The notes: a model not told the origin generated them from the letters alone. Counted from the first letter of the stretch, positions 1 to 14,100 are shown. The stretch: DNA of 64,000 bases from Octopus vulgaris (GCA_951406725.2 OX597822.1:66464001-66528000), one strand, 5' to 3'. Program-made: numbers and translations.

Positions 1-53
1 AGGCAATGCAAGCGCAAACTAGAGGAACATAATTAATAATCACACACAAAATC

Positions 54-114
<61 letters not shown>

Positions 115-1389
115 TACATTCTTCTACATTCATAAAACTGATATAAAAATTCCAAATATATAAATATGAAAATACATTTAAATAGATAAATATCGATATG
201 ATACATAAAACGCAGTGAATTTTAGATTTGAAAGTTACAATACATTGCTGTAATAAAACTTTGAGATGATAAAGCATTAAAACGACGTACTAAAATACCA
301 CGAAAATATTACAAACATTCTAAAATTACACCTACGGGCTGTGGGCCGTTTCAGGGACGTGCCAAGGAATATGACACATTTCAAATTTTTAAAACAGACA
401 CTCCCCTCGTGAGGATGTTTTCACACAATGTAATATGTATATATATATATAAATATATGAGTATATATGTGTGTGTGTGTGTGTATGTGTGTACACATGC
501 TCACGTGCACATAAAGTTTGTGCTTGAACACCATTTATATGTAACAAGTTTCACTCAGAGTGCATTGACAGTATTGCGGCTTGCAAGAGAAGGTACTGGC
601 CTCATATGACTCACTTGAGGGACCAACGGTAGCAAACCAGCCAGCATGAATTTGTGGTAGCAAACCAATCCAGCATGCGCAGCCATATTAGATGTGTTAA
701 TATAGTTCTATGCTCGAAAACCATTGACCAAATAATCATTGCAATGCTCACTGATTATGTAAATATTCGCATATCATATTTGCTTAGATTTGTAAAACTA
801 AGATAATAATTTTGATCTATAGAAATACAGAGATATATTTCAGAGGACAATTGTGGACATTGAAACATTAGCTTATAGACTATTCACACGATTTGATTAC
901 TAGAACATTCTGCATTTGATTATGATAATGAAAGTGATCTAACGGAATGAATGCCTTTGAGTTAAAATGAGATTCCTGTACTACAGCAACGGCGCCCCCA
1001 ATACATTTAGCGACGAGGTTTTCCCGTAGAAGTCGATGAGTTTACTACAGCCATCAAAAATCTCATCCATTTATTCTGACAGATTTACTATAAGCCCTTA
1101 CTGGAAATTATGTTTAATTTATATCTTAAAACATTTTATATGTAGGCATGTAAAATTATACCATGACAAGTGTAAAAATCACACACACATATCTGTACTC
1201 AGCTACACATGTGTACAAATATGTGTGTGTGTGTGTGTGTAGCGTGTGACGAAGGGATAGAGAATTTATTGAAGGACAAGAAAAAGATGAAGCGATAGTT
1301 TTAAAGATAACTAGAACAAGAGATACATATGAATAAGACTGAGTTCATATGCTTATTTAATAAAACTGCGTTACGAAAGTATTGTCCTC

Positions 1390-2020
<631 letters not shown>

Positions 2021-2221
2021 GTATATAAACAGTATATGTAAGTCGAAATGGAGGGATCGTGGGGGCGGGTGGAGACAGAGAGGCAAGGAATAAACGAACA
2101 ATGGAAAGAAAGTGCCATAATTTTTGACAGAAGCAAATTGCGATTGCTCTGAGTGATAAGATATCTTCTAAATCTAGAGTGATTCTATTTCCATCCCAGA
2201 TGGAGCTAGTGCAGCATCAGT

Positions 2222-2285
<64 letters not shown>

Positions 2286-2580
2286 CCACCACCATGGGGG
2301 CTGTTTGACGGTGTCGCCGTTGTCACTATGACAACGGACATATGGACAGTAACATTCATTTTGCTCTCTGCACACCATTTCATTTACGTTCATCTGCTTC
2401 CGCTTCCTCCTCGTCCTACATCACTTGCATTCCCTCTCCTTCTTCTTTTTCCTCATCCTCCTCTCCCCCCCATCCACTACATCTTTCTCAACATTTGTGT
2501 TCCGGCATTAATACGAAGATGGAAAAATTAAATATTAACCACAACAGTAATGATAGTAATAATTATAATAATAATAATAA

Positions 2581-2625
<45 letters not shown>

Positions 2626-2643
2626 CGGTGATGGTGGTGGTGA

Positions 2644-2675
<32 letters not shown>

Positions 2676-2685
2676 TTAGTAGTAA

Positions 2686-2723
<38 letters not shown>

Positions 2724-2762
2724 AATATAATATAATAATGGGCGAAGTGTTTTATATATATA

Positions 2763-3137
2763 CTCTCTCTACTCTTTTACTTGTTTCAGTCATTTGACAG
2801 TGGAGCACCACCTTTAGTCGAGCAAATCGACCCCAGGACTTATTCTTTGGAAGCCTAGTACTTATTCTATAGATCTGTTTTGCCGAACCGGCATCGCACG
2901 CCAAGCGATGTTTGGGGGATAACACAGACACACAAACATATACACACACGCGCGCACACACACACATATATATATACGACGGGCTTCTTTCAGTTTCCGT
3001 CTACTAAATCCACTGACAAGTTTTGGTCGGCCCACGGCTATAGTACAAGAAACTTGCCCAAGTTATCACAGAGTGGGACTGAACCCGGAACCATGTGGTT
3101 GGTAATCAAGCTACTTACCACACAGCCACTCCTATGC
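2763..3137 (-). mobile_element. tRNA-derived SINE, family A (internal CA/TA microsatellite)
   Basis: Reverse complement of the 14526-14948 copy: head GGAGTGGCTGTGTGG...GGTTCAGTCCC (A/B-box-like) and tail GGTGCTCCA...ACTGAAACAAGTAAAAGAG. Confidence 0.85.
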
Positions 3138-3162
3138 ATATATATATATACATACATATATA

Positions 3163-3209
<47 letters not shown>

Positions 3210-4234
3210 ATGTATATATATATATGTCCAAAATCACGCAATATGGGCGTGAGAAAAAAGTAGTATAAGTGAAGGGAGAGGAGCGAAAATAGTAATTCAG
3301 TGAAGGAGAAGTAGTGAGAATCATAGCCATGACTGAGAGGGAGTGAGAGAAAATAATAGCAATGAGAGAGAAAGGAAGTAGCAAAGTGAGCGTCGTGTAT
3401 CTTAACTTCTACTATAAGAATACTCGTTTGTTTTTCTCCGCCACAACATATGAATGAGAAAGGAAGTGGGTGATATTATAAACACACATTTAGCAGTTCA
3501 TACATGTCCCTAATTCGTTTATATCAAGAAATTTATGTAATGAATTTTGAATAGGGAGTTTTTACAACATCAACTCTAAGCAACGGACTGCCCTTTATGG
3601 CTCTAAGTTATATGAGTTTAGGTTGGTTTCTGTAATAGAGAACGCAATTGAAACGTCACTTCGAAAATGGTATTTACTTGCCAGCTCCCGTATTTAACCG
3701 ATCGTACAGTTTTCGATTCTTGACTAACATTCTTAACTATATATGAGGATACGCATGGAAGCCGAATTAAAGACATTGTTTGCCTTTTTTACTAAACTCT
3801 TTCTGAAGATCGAATGCTGGACTTAGAGCATTACGGTACCAGCACCTGTGATTCTAGCATCCAATTCAACTTGCCTTTACTCGCAAAGACGGCCCGAGAT
3901 ACTTAATCTTCTCTACTATTGCTAGTGATGTTTCGCTAACCTACAGTGAAAGTCACCTCTATAGATTTTCTATAGAAATTTCTATACAAATTATTGCAAG
4001 CGCTGATTTTGTTACGACGTAACGAAATCAGTTACGCAACAAAAATTATTATTGAAATGATCTTAACTCATGAATTAAGTGTGCTGCTAACACAAAAGTA
4101 ACCGGTATTGGCTTCTAAAAACATTCGATACATTTTATAGCATATTATGTTTGCATAATAAAATGCTGTGTGCTTATAAGTTACTAACCTAAAGTGGTCA
4201 CCGGAAAGACTTTTTAAAGAAGTCCAATATCTCA

Positions 4235-5200
4235 GTCCTTGAAACACTAAATTTTCATTCTTACCTTACAATATATGGCAGCAAACACAATCAGTGCTCG
4301 TATTAGAGCTCTTTCTGATGTGCGAAGTAGTACCATATCATCTGCAAATATTTCAATCGACCGATCATAAACATATTGATTATGATACCCACTTCCACAA
4401 CGGATTCGCATATTTTGACAATTATGAAAAGGAGATATGAAAATACGCAACCTTTCCAAAGTCCAACACCCAACTTGAAAGATTTGAACTTAGCACCATT
4501 TACCTGAACACAAATACTCTGTGTATTCATATAGGGACTTCACGATAACCTGAAGTTGCCCATTAATCCTAAACTCTTGCGAAACATTCCATTGCATGTT
4601 CCGTAACACGCTGTCATATGCCTTTTCTAGGTCTATAAAGAATGCCTACACATCATGGCAATATTCCCATTAACTCTCGAATATCTGCAATAGGATGAAT
4701 ATCTAGTCGGTTGTGCTAGCGTTGACAGTGCAGCCACGGTGTTCTTCAGCTTGATTGCGCCCGAGAAGTTTCCAAATTCTATTTACCAGACATTTGTCGA
4801 AGACTTTACCCGGAAGGTTTGAACAAGGTGATACCTGTATAATCAGAACACTCTCCTGTCACACTTTTTAAACTAGGTATTATCACTCTGTATTCCATGT
4901 GGCATACACGAGTCAACTAAAATGTCGTGTTTGACCTTTTTCACAAGTTTCTGATTTTTATTCGTAAGAATTACATTGCGATTCCCAATCATTAACGTTT
5001 GTTCCTTCCTGGATCCTCTTCGAAATTCTGTTGCTCTCACCCTATGCTTCACAAACGAGTTGCAGGTTTCGTATGGGTTGTATCGGCATATTCTTAGGAG
5101 GTCCTATAATATAAAAAGTGCTCGAAAGAGATTCGCGTGTCAAAAAAAAAAAATGCCAGTTGTTTGCCTGGCATGAATAGATCAACCAGAAATGTGGACC
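4235..5200 (-). mobile_element. Decayed RTE-clade LINE reverse transcriptase fragment
   Basis: Minus-strand frames give DLEKAYD, CVQVNG..FKLGVGLWKGCVFSYLLFII (~GLRQGCVLSPLLF) and FADDMVLL...ALIVFAAIYCKVRMKI, broken by frameshifts and stops. Confidence 0.8.
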
Positions 5201-5280
5201 TACGTAGGGATCTTTACTTTCTTCACGTGTCTTTTTCTTGACCCATGAAGCTAATCATCATCATCTTCTTATTTTTCCCT

Positions 5281-5330
<50 letters not shown>

Positions 5331-5331
5331 T

Positions 5332-5387
<56 letters not shown>

Positions 5388-6019
5388 ACTTACTGCTGAG
5401 AGGTTGGCTCCCGCTTCGAGAAACATCGATCTAGTCATATCACTGCATTCATTCAGATAGTTCAATATCAGCGATAATGATGATGTCATTGATGAGGATG
5501 ACGACGGCGACAAACGACAACGAAGTCGGCAATGATGCTGGTGATGACGATAACGACGGGTTCGACGACGATGACAAAGAATATTGGTGAATACGCCACC
5601 TATGACGATGATAATGATCATGATGATCATGATGATGTCAAATCGCTAATGAATTCCAAGTGATATTACTACTTCAGAACCCTGTAAATCATACAGAGAT
5701 GAGATTAAACGAGATACATTCGAAACAAAAGACAAAAATATTCAAAGAAATCTGCTGAAGTGTCGCATCAATATCTTTATTTCAATTAATTGCTATTATC
5801 AGTTGTACAGTATGGCTAACGTTCGTATTAATTTTTCGGCTGCTGGTCACGTGTAACTACACGAAACAAACACGTGTTTAACTGAACCCAATACATACGC
5901 ACTATAAATGAAAGGCATACGTACACAGAGTTTAATACATAACATGCATAAATTTACAGAGTACCAAATTGTGCTTCACCAGAATAAATACAATGGAGTT
6001 TTGTAAAATGACTGGCTTT

Positions 6020-6219
6020 AAGGGTATCGCGAAACGCTTGGTTCGAGGCCCAACTTTCCACGTTCTTTTAAAGGGTTTAGATAAACTGATGGGTCTCTGC
6101 ATTAAGTGTGTGTATCTGAGAGGGGAACAAGTGTAATAAAGTCATTACTTAGCTGATTCACTGATCCTCCTGTATTTACTTTCACCGAAAGCCAAAAGTA
6201 TTTTCAACACGACCTCGTC

Positions 6220-6220
<1 letters not shown>
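6020..6220 (+). mobile_element. Mariner 3' end fragment (transposase C-terminus plus TIR)
   Basis: GGGTTTAGATAAACTGA...AAGTGTGTGTATCTGAGAGGGGAAC resembles the G..KL..RW.KCV.L.GEYVE* C-terminus; similar to 7066-7180 and 7225-7398. Confidence 0.55.
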
Positions 6221-6249
<29 letters not shown>

Positions 6250-6270
<21 letters not shown>

Positions 6271-7068
6271 ATAAAACTGTAAGATAACAAAAGAAAGAAA
6301 GAGACCTCAATATTATGTAAATAGAGGAAATACCGTTAAATAAAGGGAAATTACTGTGTTATAACTCTGCTTGTCTGCGTACTTCGCTCGCATTTTTCGT
6401 AATAAAAATTATATAAAAATACATAAAAAATATATAAAAATATATAAAAATATATAAAATCTTCTTGGGACATAACATAGAAAGCATGTTCTATCTGTTT
6501 TCTTTAGGGGACGAAAAACGTAACAGAAATTTAGTCACATGTGGGCATGATCCGAAAAGTTCTGTCCTTGTATTTAGACATGTAGTAGGGTCTAAGCTGC
6601 TTTTCCAGATAAGCCATCTCTCCATGTCGCATAGACCGCACCTTCCGCTGCCGTTGGTATAGGGCTTACATCTGGCCAAAATCTTCCATTGTATGTTATA
6701 ATCGACACCTTTATCTCTTAAAGACCAAATATGATTAGATAATTGTGTCGCTTTTCTTTTGTTCCAGTGCCTAAAGCTCAAAGTGTGGTTATTGAACCTG
6801 GCCTTGAAATTACCCTCTGTAAAGCCCACGTATTTCTTCGTCGAAACGGTGTCTTTAGTGGTTATAGAGTTTACGGTAGCTTCATATATGATGGTCTTGG
6901 ACATGCAAGCTCCATTTAGCGGGCACAATTCTTTATTCCTGCATGAACAGCTGTTTTCTTCTTGTGTTTTTTGTATGTTATGTTTGATTATGTTTTTAAA
7001 AATTAGTTTTAGTTCAACTACCAATTTTAAAAACATAATCAAACATAACATACAAAAAACACAAGAAC
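6250..7068 (-). mobile_element. Penelope-like retroelement 3' fragment encoding a GIY-YIG endonuclease
   Basis: ORF 6491-7108 reads CSCRNKELCPLNGAC..IIYEATV..KYVGFTEGNFKARFNNHTLSFRH..TQLSNHIW..WKIL..CGLCDME..LNTRTEL..CPH, a PLE-type GIY-YIG domain with its Cys/His motifs. It ends near a (TA)n tract. Confidence 0.9.
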
Positions 7069-7398
7069 TGAAGGGCCTGTTAAGTGTGTGATTCTGTGAG
7101 GTGAACATGTGGATAAAGTCATAATTAACTGAACCTTTATTTTATCCAAAGCAGGGAAATTGCAGCACACCCTCATATAAATATATGTATAGACATGTAT
7201 GTGTGAGCATGTAATATATATATTATAAGGGTGTCGAGAAAAACCAGTTTGGAAGCACAACATTTTAAGTTCATTTAGAGGGCTTAGAAAAACTGATTGT
7301 GTGACTCTGAGAAGGGAACACGTTGAATAAAATGATAATTAATTGATCTTCTTGTATTTTATTTTACCCAAAGCCAGGAAATTGTCAGCATCTCGTAT
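7066..7398 (+). mobile_element. Two further mariner 3' end fragments
   Basis: GGCTTAGAAAAACTGA..TGTGTGACTCTGAGAAGGGAACACGTTGAATAA (GLEKL..CVTLR.EHVE*), followed by TIR-like GCCAGGAAATTGTCAGCATCTCGTA. Confidence 0.55.
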
Positions 7399-7994
7399 AT
7401 TAATATTTGGTAAATATGATGACATTATAAGTTACAGAAAATAATTTTATCCTAAATTTCCGTAAAAATTAAGAGAAATATTGTGTTTCAAATGCCAATC
7501 TAGCAAAACTATAAACTGGCTTTTGAGATTCAATGTCAACGGCCGCTGTCCCATTCTCTCTATCAAGCCGTTACGCCTCTCACCTCCTTATCAGAGCTTT
7601 CACCCCACCTCCTACTACATTGGTGAAAGTCCTCCCACCTCTAGTCAGCCATTGGAAATCGTGTCTCAGGGATTCTAAGATAGGTTTCTACATAACTGAT
7701 AACTATGTTGCAAGCCAAATGTAGCGTATAGGAAAATTGTATTAGATTTGTTCGAAAAACTCAAGAAGATAACTACTATATGAGCAGTTTAGAGGGCATA
7801 TAATATTCTCCCAATAATAATGGTTTCTACAGTGTGTGTATGTGCTTGTGTGTGTGCATGCGCCTATGTGTACGCTCGCCTTGTGTGTGTGTATGTATGA
7901 GTGAATGCGTGTGTCTTTTTAAAAAGATTTTTACAAGATGGCAAACAACCTTCTAAAGTCACAGAAGCACAAGATTGAATGAAGTTGTAGGCCT

Positions 7995-8205
7995 AACACT
8001 TATTCTATCGGTCGTTTTTGCAGAACCGCTAAGTTACGGGGACATAAAAACACAAACATCGGTTGTCAAGCGATGGTTGGAGGACAAACATAGACACACA
8101 TGCACACACAAGCACACAAACACACACACAACATATATACATATGAACGGGAATGTGAAACTTTGAGTAACAGCTTTTGTTATATTTCTGCTACTTTTAA
8201 ATAAA

Positions 8206-8250
<45 letters not shown>

Positions 8251-8468
8251 CATACATACATACATACATACATACATACATACATACATACATACATACA
8301 TACGTATATATACACGACGGATATCTTTCAGTTTCTGTCTACTAAATCGACTCATCACAAGGCTTTGTTCGGTCCGAGGCTATGGTTGAAGACACTTGCC
8401 TGAGGTGCCACGGTGTGTGACTGAATCCGGAGCTATGTGGTTGGGAAGAAAGCTTCTTACCACAGCCA
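7995..8468 (-). mobile_element. SINE family A, with extra insert inside its microsatellite
   Basis: GAACCGCTAAGTTACGGGGAC...CA/TA/TACA repeats...GACACTTGCC..GACTGAATCC..CTTACCACAGCC matches the other copies. Confidence 0.8.
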
Positions 8469-11422
8469 GTTTACTTGTGAATCAGTCAGTCCGTCCGTCA
8501 TTATACAACATGCAAATTTTACAGCTATTTCTACATCGAAAATGAAACTATAACAACATACATGTACGTAATAATGTCTGCTGAGAAATAAAATTGTTCC
8601 GCAAGTGACTTTAGATCCCAACAGAATTACTAAAGTAAGCTGATGCATACTTAAAGAGAAGAATAAACAGATATAGAAATAGAACACGTGAAATAAAGGA
8701 CACATTAAGAAAATACACTCTAGGGAATAGTATAACAAGCGAAAGAATGCGTATCTTAAATAGAAACGACGAAAATAAAAAAATATATAAATCTTCAGTA
8801 CTTATATCACGAATATAGGAAAGTTGAACTACAGACAGTACAATATGCATCAAAATCAAACCCCAGTTTATCTACTGGATATTGAGCAAGAAAGGTCGAA
8901 TTTGAACCAGAAACATGAAAGCCAGTGAACACCAGAAAACATATTAATAGTAGAACGTTATAAAGGTGGAAATGTGCAATATGTCAATAATCTGGTTGTA
9001 GAAAATCGTAAAAAGAATTAAAATCGATATATGTACCTATGTTTATGTATCAATGATAAAGCATTCCAAAGATAAAAACCTAACTATAAAGTAGCAGCGT
9101 AATAACAAAAAAATAAAATCATGCAAACTTTACAATCATAGATGTTCTGGAAACAAATGTGCGCATCGATATCACCTAGGATAAATCAACTAATATATAC
9201 ATAGCAGCCAGAGTAGTCTCAAAGAAAATCGTATACTTGAATACTTCGTGAAAGCTACTCACATGCGAATATTTAAAACTGTGCAGACAAGTGTGAATCA
9301 AATATACAATGATAGAAAATAAAGATCTCTCGAAATTCTGATAGAAAAAAAATATATATATATGCATCTATATTGTCCTGGCAAAAATATACAACCATTT
9401 CTCCCCCCCCCCCCCCCGAAAGAAGCGGAATTATGTTCGGTATAGCTCTCTGAGTTTGTAACCAACCGTCCTACACGAAGCATGGAAGCCATTCCAACAA
9501 CCCATAATATACTTGCATCTGGCATATGATGGACAACGATAAATATTCGCATGAACAAAGCAAAATAAAAACAGAAAGAAGACACTATGCCTATAGAAAA
9601 TTAAAAGGCTATTTGAAATAGCTACACGGTTGTAACAATCAGTTACTGACCAACGCAATGATAGCTATGACCTGCGAATATTATATAAATGCTAGTCTAA
9701 CGCCTTTCTGAAATCTCATACTTCCCATATCTAGTTTTGATATATATTTGCTGCGTGACACAGTTTGTTAATTTCTAGTTTATTTTTGAATCTCTGACAA
9801 GTCTGATTACCCCATATAAGATCATCTAATAAAAAAAGGAATTAATGTTTTTATTTACGGTCATGCAATTTGGATTTTGTACAATATACTACATTGTATC
9901 TCATATTAATATTCATTCATAATTTACGACTTTTCTCCATTGTCATTTAACGACTTAAGTCCATACTGAAATTATAAGATATAAGCAGCTTGTCGCCTAC
10001 AACTCACCATCTGATTTCAGAGGCTGAAAATTATTATCGCACTCAGTAACTTTTATTCTAACTTGGCATGCTTCTGAAGATTGGTGATAAGTAGAAGTGT
10101 AAATACAGATTTGTTCCTCTTGAAAATTTCTTCTAACAGGAATTGATTTCCTGTTTAATAATTCTATCTTTTTAATGGAATCGATACAATGATTTCTAAT
10201 TTAGGCTCAATGCGTGTACTTTTGAAAGAGGTGGGTTAGCAGATTCCATTGGCCATATAAGCTGACATGTACTTCGACCCCGAAAAAAAAAAAATTGGCA
10301 AAATTTATTTCGAAGTTTTTTAAGCCCACAACATATAGAACCAGAAAATATTCTGCAGATATGTTCTGATGTTCTAAGAAAGCAGTCAGTCCTCCGATCC
10401 TCCTAATCAATATAATAATTAATATATTTTTACTGATGACTCACGTTGGGTAACTGTTTGCTATTGTTACTAATTTTTCAGAATTTTCATGCAGTGAGCA
10501 CTCTCAAAAGTTTCATTGTAATCAATTCATGCCTCTTTTTACAGTATTCAATTAATGCCTTTGGGTTTAGTAGTAACTAAAAACCATTTGAACTATAGTG
10601 AGAAACCCTATTTCCTGGGAATGTAGATTGTGAATGTGCGCGTGTTCGTGTCTCTGTATGTGTGTTTGTGCATAAGTATTTTCTTTTTCAAAGGATCTTG
10701 TTTTTCGCATTCGAGAAAATACATATTTTAACTTACATGTTCATTTCTGTAGATCATTCATTAAATACTGTCTCAAAATAACCTAGGATCTATACTAAGA
10801 AACCGATAGGACAATTTAATAAAGTTTCACTTTCATGAAAATATATCTTCATGTAATGTAGAAAGCAAAGTAACTTACATCTTATGCACTTTAATCAGAA
10901 ATTAATACATGCATAATATCATGGTACCCATAATGCCACCAGAAATATAACAATCCTACAATAAAAATAACAACGGATGTAATATACAAATAAAATCTTA
11001 AACATCCAAGAAGTCAATGTGACATGCAACTTAGTAGGATGTAAATGTGCTTCGTTGTAGAATAGACACGCTCATACCTGCTGAGAACGTGACTATAAAA
11101 ACTATAGTAAAAACAAAAATGTCACCCAATTGTTCAGAACTGCTCAGCTATATTTTGTTGTCTATTTCTTTACAAGATTGTTTAGTTTATACACTAATAG
11201 TTGTGAATAGTTTAACTCGTGGCGATTCGCAAGTGTTTCACATTAACCTCCCACATTTAAAAAAAATAAAATTGATTTTTAGCTTATTCAGCTTTAGTTT
11301 CAATGAATTAGTTTTAGGGGGGAAATCGTTCCAGGTGAGAAAAGAGCTCCTTTTGTTCAAAGTGGATTCGATTTTTATAATGATGCATTTTTTTAAGATG
11401 GTGCAATTACTTATTATTATTA

Positions 11423-11477
<55 letters not shown>

Positions 11478-11478
<1 letters not shown>

Positions 11479-12003
11479 GAGTGAGAGAGCAGTGCATGCC
11501 AGCAAAGTGACACTGGGGTAAAATATACGAAGCCCAATATACCCACCATGACTACCCGTCTGATAAGGATACACCAGGCATATGCATCACAGCCATATGT
11601 GCGTGCCATGGTGATCTCATATCAAGATAAACAGCGCATGACCTTGCAGGTGGGACCCAGTTAGAATAATCTTTTGGTCGAGTAGCTCATCCCGCTCAAA
11701 AGGTCCCTGAATAAAGCTTGTTTAAGGATGTTGAAAGAACCACCCCTGTTTCCAAAGGTGAATTATCCAAACCTCTAAGAATTCCTTTCAACACACGGCT
11801 ATGATGCTCCCCACTACTTGTGATCAGAGATGCACATAACGTCAGCCTCTAAGGGACATTCTCAACTGGTTATGGTCAAACAACTGACAAGCAAATTTGT
11901 GGTATTGAGCAGAATATTTGCTGTAGCCGATTTTTTATTCCAAGACAAACACTTCCAATCAGTTAAGAACAAATGCCATGAGTGTCATTGTAGGTAGTGC
12001 ATC
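11478..12003 (-). mobile_element. (TAA)n-inserted non-coding retroposon, copy 1
   Basis: Highly similar to 12487-12940 and 13241-13797. Shares the left end TGAGTGAG after (ATT)n. Confidence 0.8.
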
Positions 12004-12006
12004 TGT

Positions 12007-12044
<38 letters not shown>

Positions 12045-12047
12045 TTA

Positions 12048-12123
<76 letters not shown>

Positions 12124-12127
<4 letters not shown>

Positions 12128-12391
12128 TAGTTTTATTTTTATAGCGTGCTTTCACTTCACTACCGAGCGCAGCTCTGTGTGCCTTGGCTTTGTTGTGATG
12201 CTCTGATGGTTATTGTATGGAAAGTGTTCTGCGTAGGATGTGTGCAGTGCCTAGTAGTGCAATTTTCTGTATGTTATATGTGTTTGTAAGTCCTGGTGTT
12301 TTTGTTATGTATTTGTCTGAATATCTTTTTTATCATGCCTAATGCACCTACTATGATAGGGATTCTTTCTGTTTTTAGATTCCACATTCTG

Positions 12392-12392
<1 letters not shown>
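12124..12392 (-). mobile_element. R4/Dong-clade non-LTR retrotransposon 3' end (RLE C-terminus plus 3' UTR)
   Basis: Minus strand reads RMWNLKTERIPIIVGALGMIK...IQKIALLGTAHILR, typical of the RLE C-terminus of R4/Dong elements. (TAA)n lies on both sides. Confidence 0.85.
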
Positions 12393-12463
<71 letters not shown>

Positions 12464-12486
12464 ACTATTATTATTATTATTATTAT

Positions 12487-12940
12487 TGAGTGAGAGAGCA
12501 GTGCATGCCATCAAAGTGACACTGGGGTAAAATATACGAAGCCCAATATACCCATCATGACTACCCGTCTGATAAGGGTACACCAGGCACATGCATCACA
12601 ACCATATGTGCGCGACATGGTGATCTCATATCAAGATAAACAGCACATGACCTTGCAAGTGGGGCCCAGTTAGAATTTTCTTCAGGTTGAGTAGCCCATC
12701 CCGCTCAAAAGGTCCCTGAATAAGGGTTGTTTAAGGATGTTGAAAGAACCACCCATGTTTCCAGAGGTGAATTATTCAAACCCCAAAGAATCCCTCTCAA
12801 CACATGGCTATGATGCTCCCCCACTACTTCTGCTCGTGATCAGAGATGCACATATCGTCAGCCACTAAGGGACATGCTCAACTGGTTAAGGTCAAACAAC
12901 TGACAAGCAAATCTGTGGTATTGAGCAGAATATTTGCTGT
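12487..12940 (-). mobile_element. (TAA)n-inserted retroposon, copy 2 (5'-truncated)
   Basis: Same left end as copies 1 and 3. Stops at TATTTGCTGT and runs into (TAT)n. Confidence 0.8.
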
Positions 12941-12963
12941 TATTATTATTATTATTATTATTA

Positions 12964-13001
<38 letters not shown>

Positions 13002-13240
13002 GAGGTTTGCTTGCTAGTAGAACCGCTGGCACACTGGACAGTATGCTTAACGACATTTCGCCTGCTTTAATATTCTCAGTTCTAATTGTCACGAAGCTGA
13101 CTTTTCTTTCCTCTTATACTTTCGAGGCGATGAAATTATTACTAGTAGAGCACTGGGGTCTTTGCATAATTGAGTGGCCCATTCCCCTATATTTCAAGCT
13201 TTGTACCGATACTAGAAAGGGTTATTATTATTATTATTAT

Positions 13241-13795
13241 TGAGTGAGTGAGCAGAGCATGCCATCAAAGTGACACTGGGGTAAAATATACGAAGCCCAG
13301 TATACCCATCTTGACTACCCGTCTGATAAGGGTACACCAGGCACATGCATCACAACCATATGTGCGCGACATGGTGATCTCATATCAAGATAAACAGCAC
13401 ATGACCTTGCAGGTGGAGCCCAGTTAGAATTTTCTTCAGATCGAGTAACCCATCCCGCTCAAAAGTTCCCTGAATAAGGGTTGTTTAAGGACGTTGAACG
13501 AAACACCCATGTTTCCAGAGGTGAATTATTCAAACCCCAAAGATTCCTTCTCAACACATGGCTATGATGCTCCCCCACTACTTCTGCTCGTGATCAGAGA
13601 TGCACATATCGTCAGCCACTAAGGGACATGCTCAACTGGTTAAGGTCAAACAACTGACAAGCAAATCTGTGGTATTGAGCAGAATATTTGCTGTAGCCCA
13701 TCTTTTATACCAAGACAAAACAATGTACATGATAACACTTCCAATCAGTTAAGATCAGAAGCCATGAGAGCTACTGCCTGGTACTGCATCAGGGC

Positions 13796-13797
<2 letters not shown>
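13241..13797 (-). mobile_element. (TAA)n-inserted retroposon, copy 3 (longest, ~557 bp)
   Basis: Bounded by (TTA)n on both sides; right end CCTGGTACTGCATCAGGGCATT. Confidence 0.8.
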
Positions 13798-13855
<58 letters not shown>

Positions 13856-13884
13856 CATCATCATCATCATCATCATCATAAGGG

Positions 13885-14100
13885 AATATGGAGAGCTGGC
13901 AGAATCGTTACTGTGCCGGTCAAAATGCGCAGAGGCATTTGGTCTGTCCTTACATTGCGATCGAATTCTGCCGCGGTTGACTTTACTTTTCATTCATTCG
14001 GGGCCGATGAAAGAATACCTGTTGAGAACTGGAGTCGAAGTAATCGATTAGTACACATTCCGGAATTTTCAAGCCTTATGCATGTAATAAAAAAGATTAT
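13885..14100 (+). mobile_element. SINE family B (Meta/Nin-domain-like core), decayed
   Basis: GAGCTGGCAGAATCGTTA...GTTGACTTTACTTTTCATTCATTCGGGGCCGAT. Related decayed copies at ~13005-13220 and ~14130-14250. Confidence 0.65.

Noticed and set aside
2174-2797. Poly-Ala/Asp and poly-Ser/Asn ORFs resembling transcription factor low-complexity regions
   Set aside because: Pure (CAT)n, (CAG)n, (TAG)n and (AAT)n tracts with no domain or convincing splice context.
3395-4120. Possible non-autonomous Helitron
   Set aside because: TCTACTATAAG start and a weak hairpin are suggestive, but there is no clear CTAG 3' end with a subterminal hairpin.
5385-5480. LEAGAN ankyrin-like peptide before a GTAAGT donor on the minus strand
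   Set aside because: No acceptor and no further ankyrin consensus; embedded between microsatellites.
13740-13797. Resemblance of the element end to U2 snRNA pieces
   Set aside because: Only two short imperfect matches; no branch-pairing region or Sm site.
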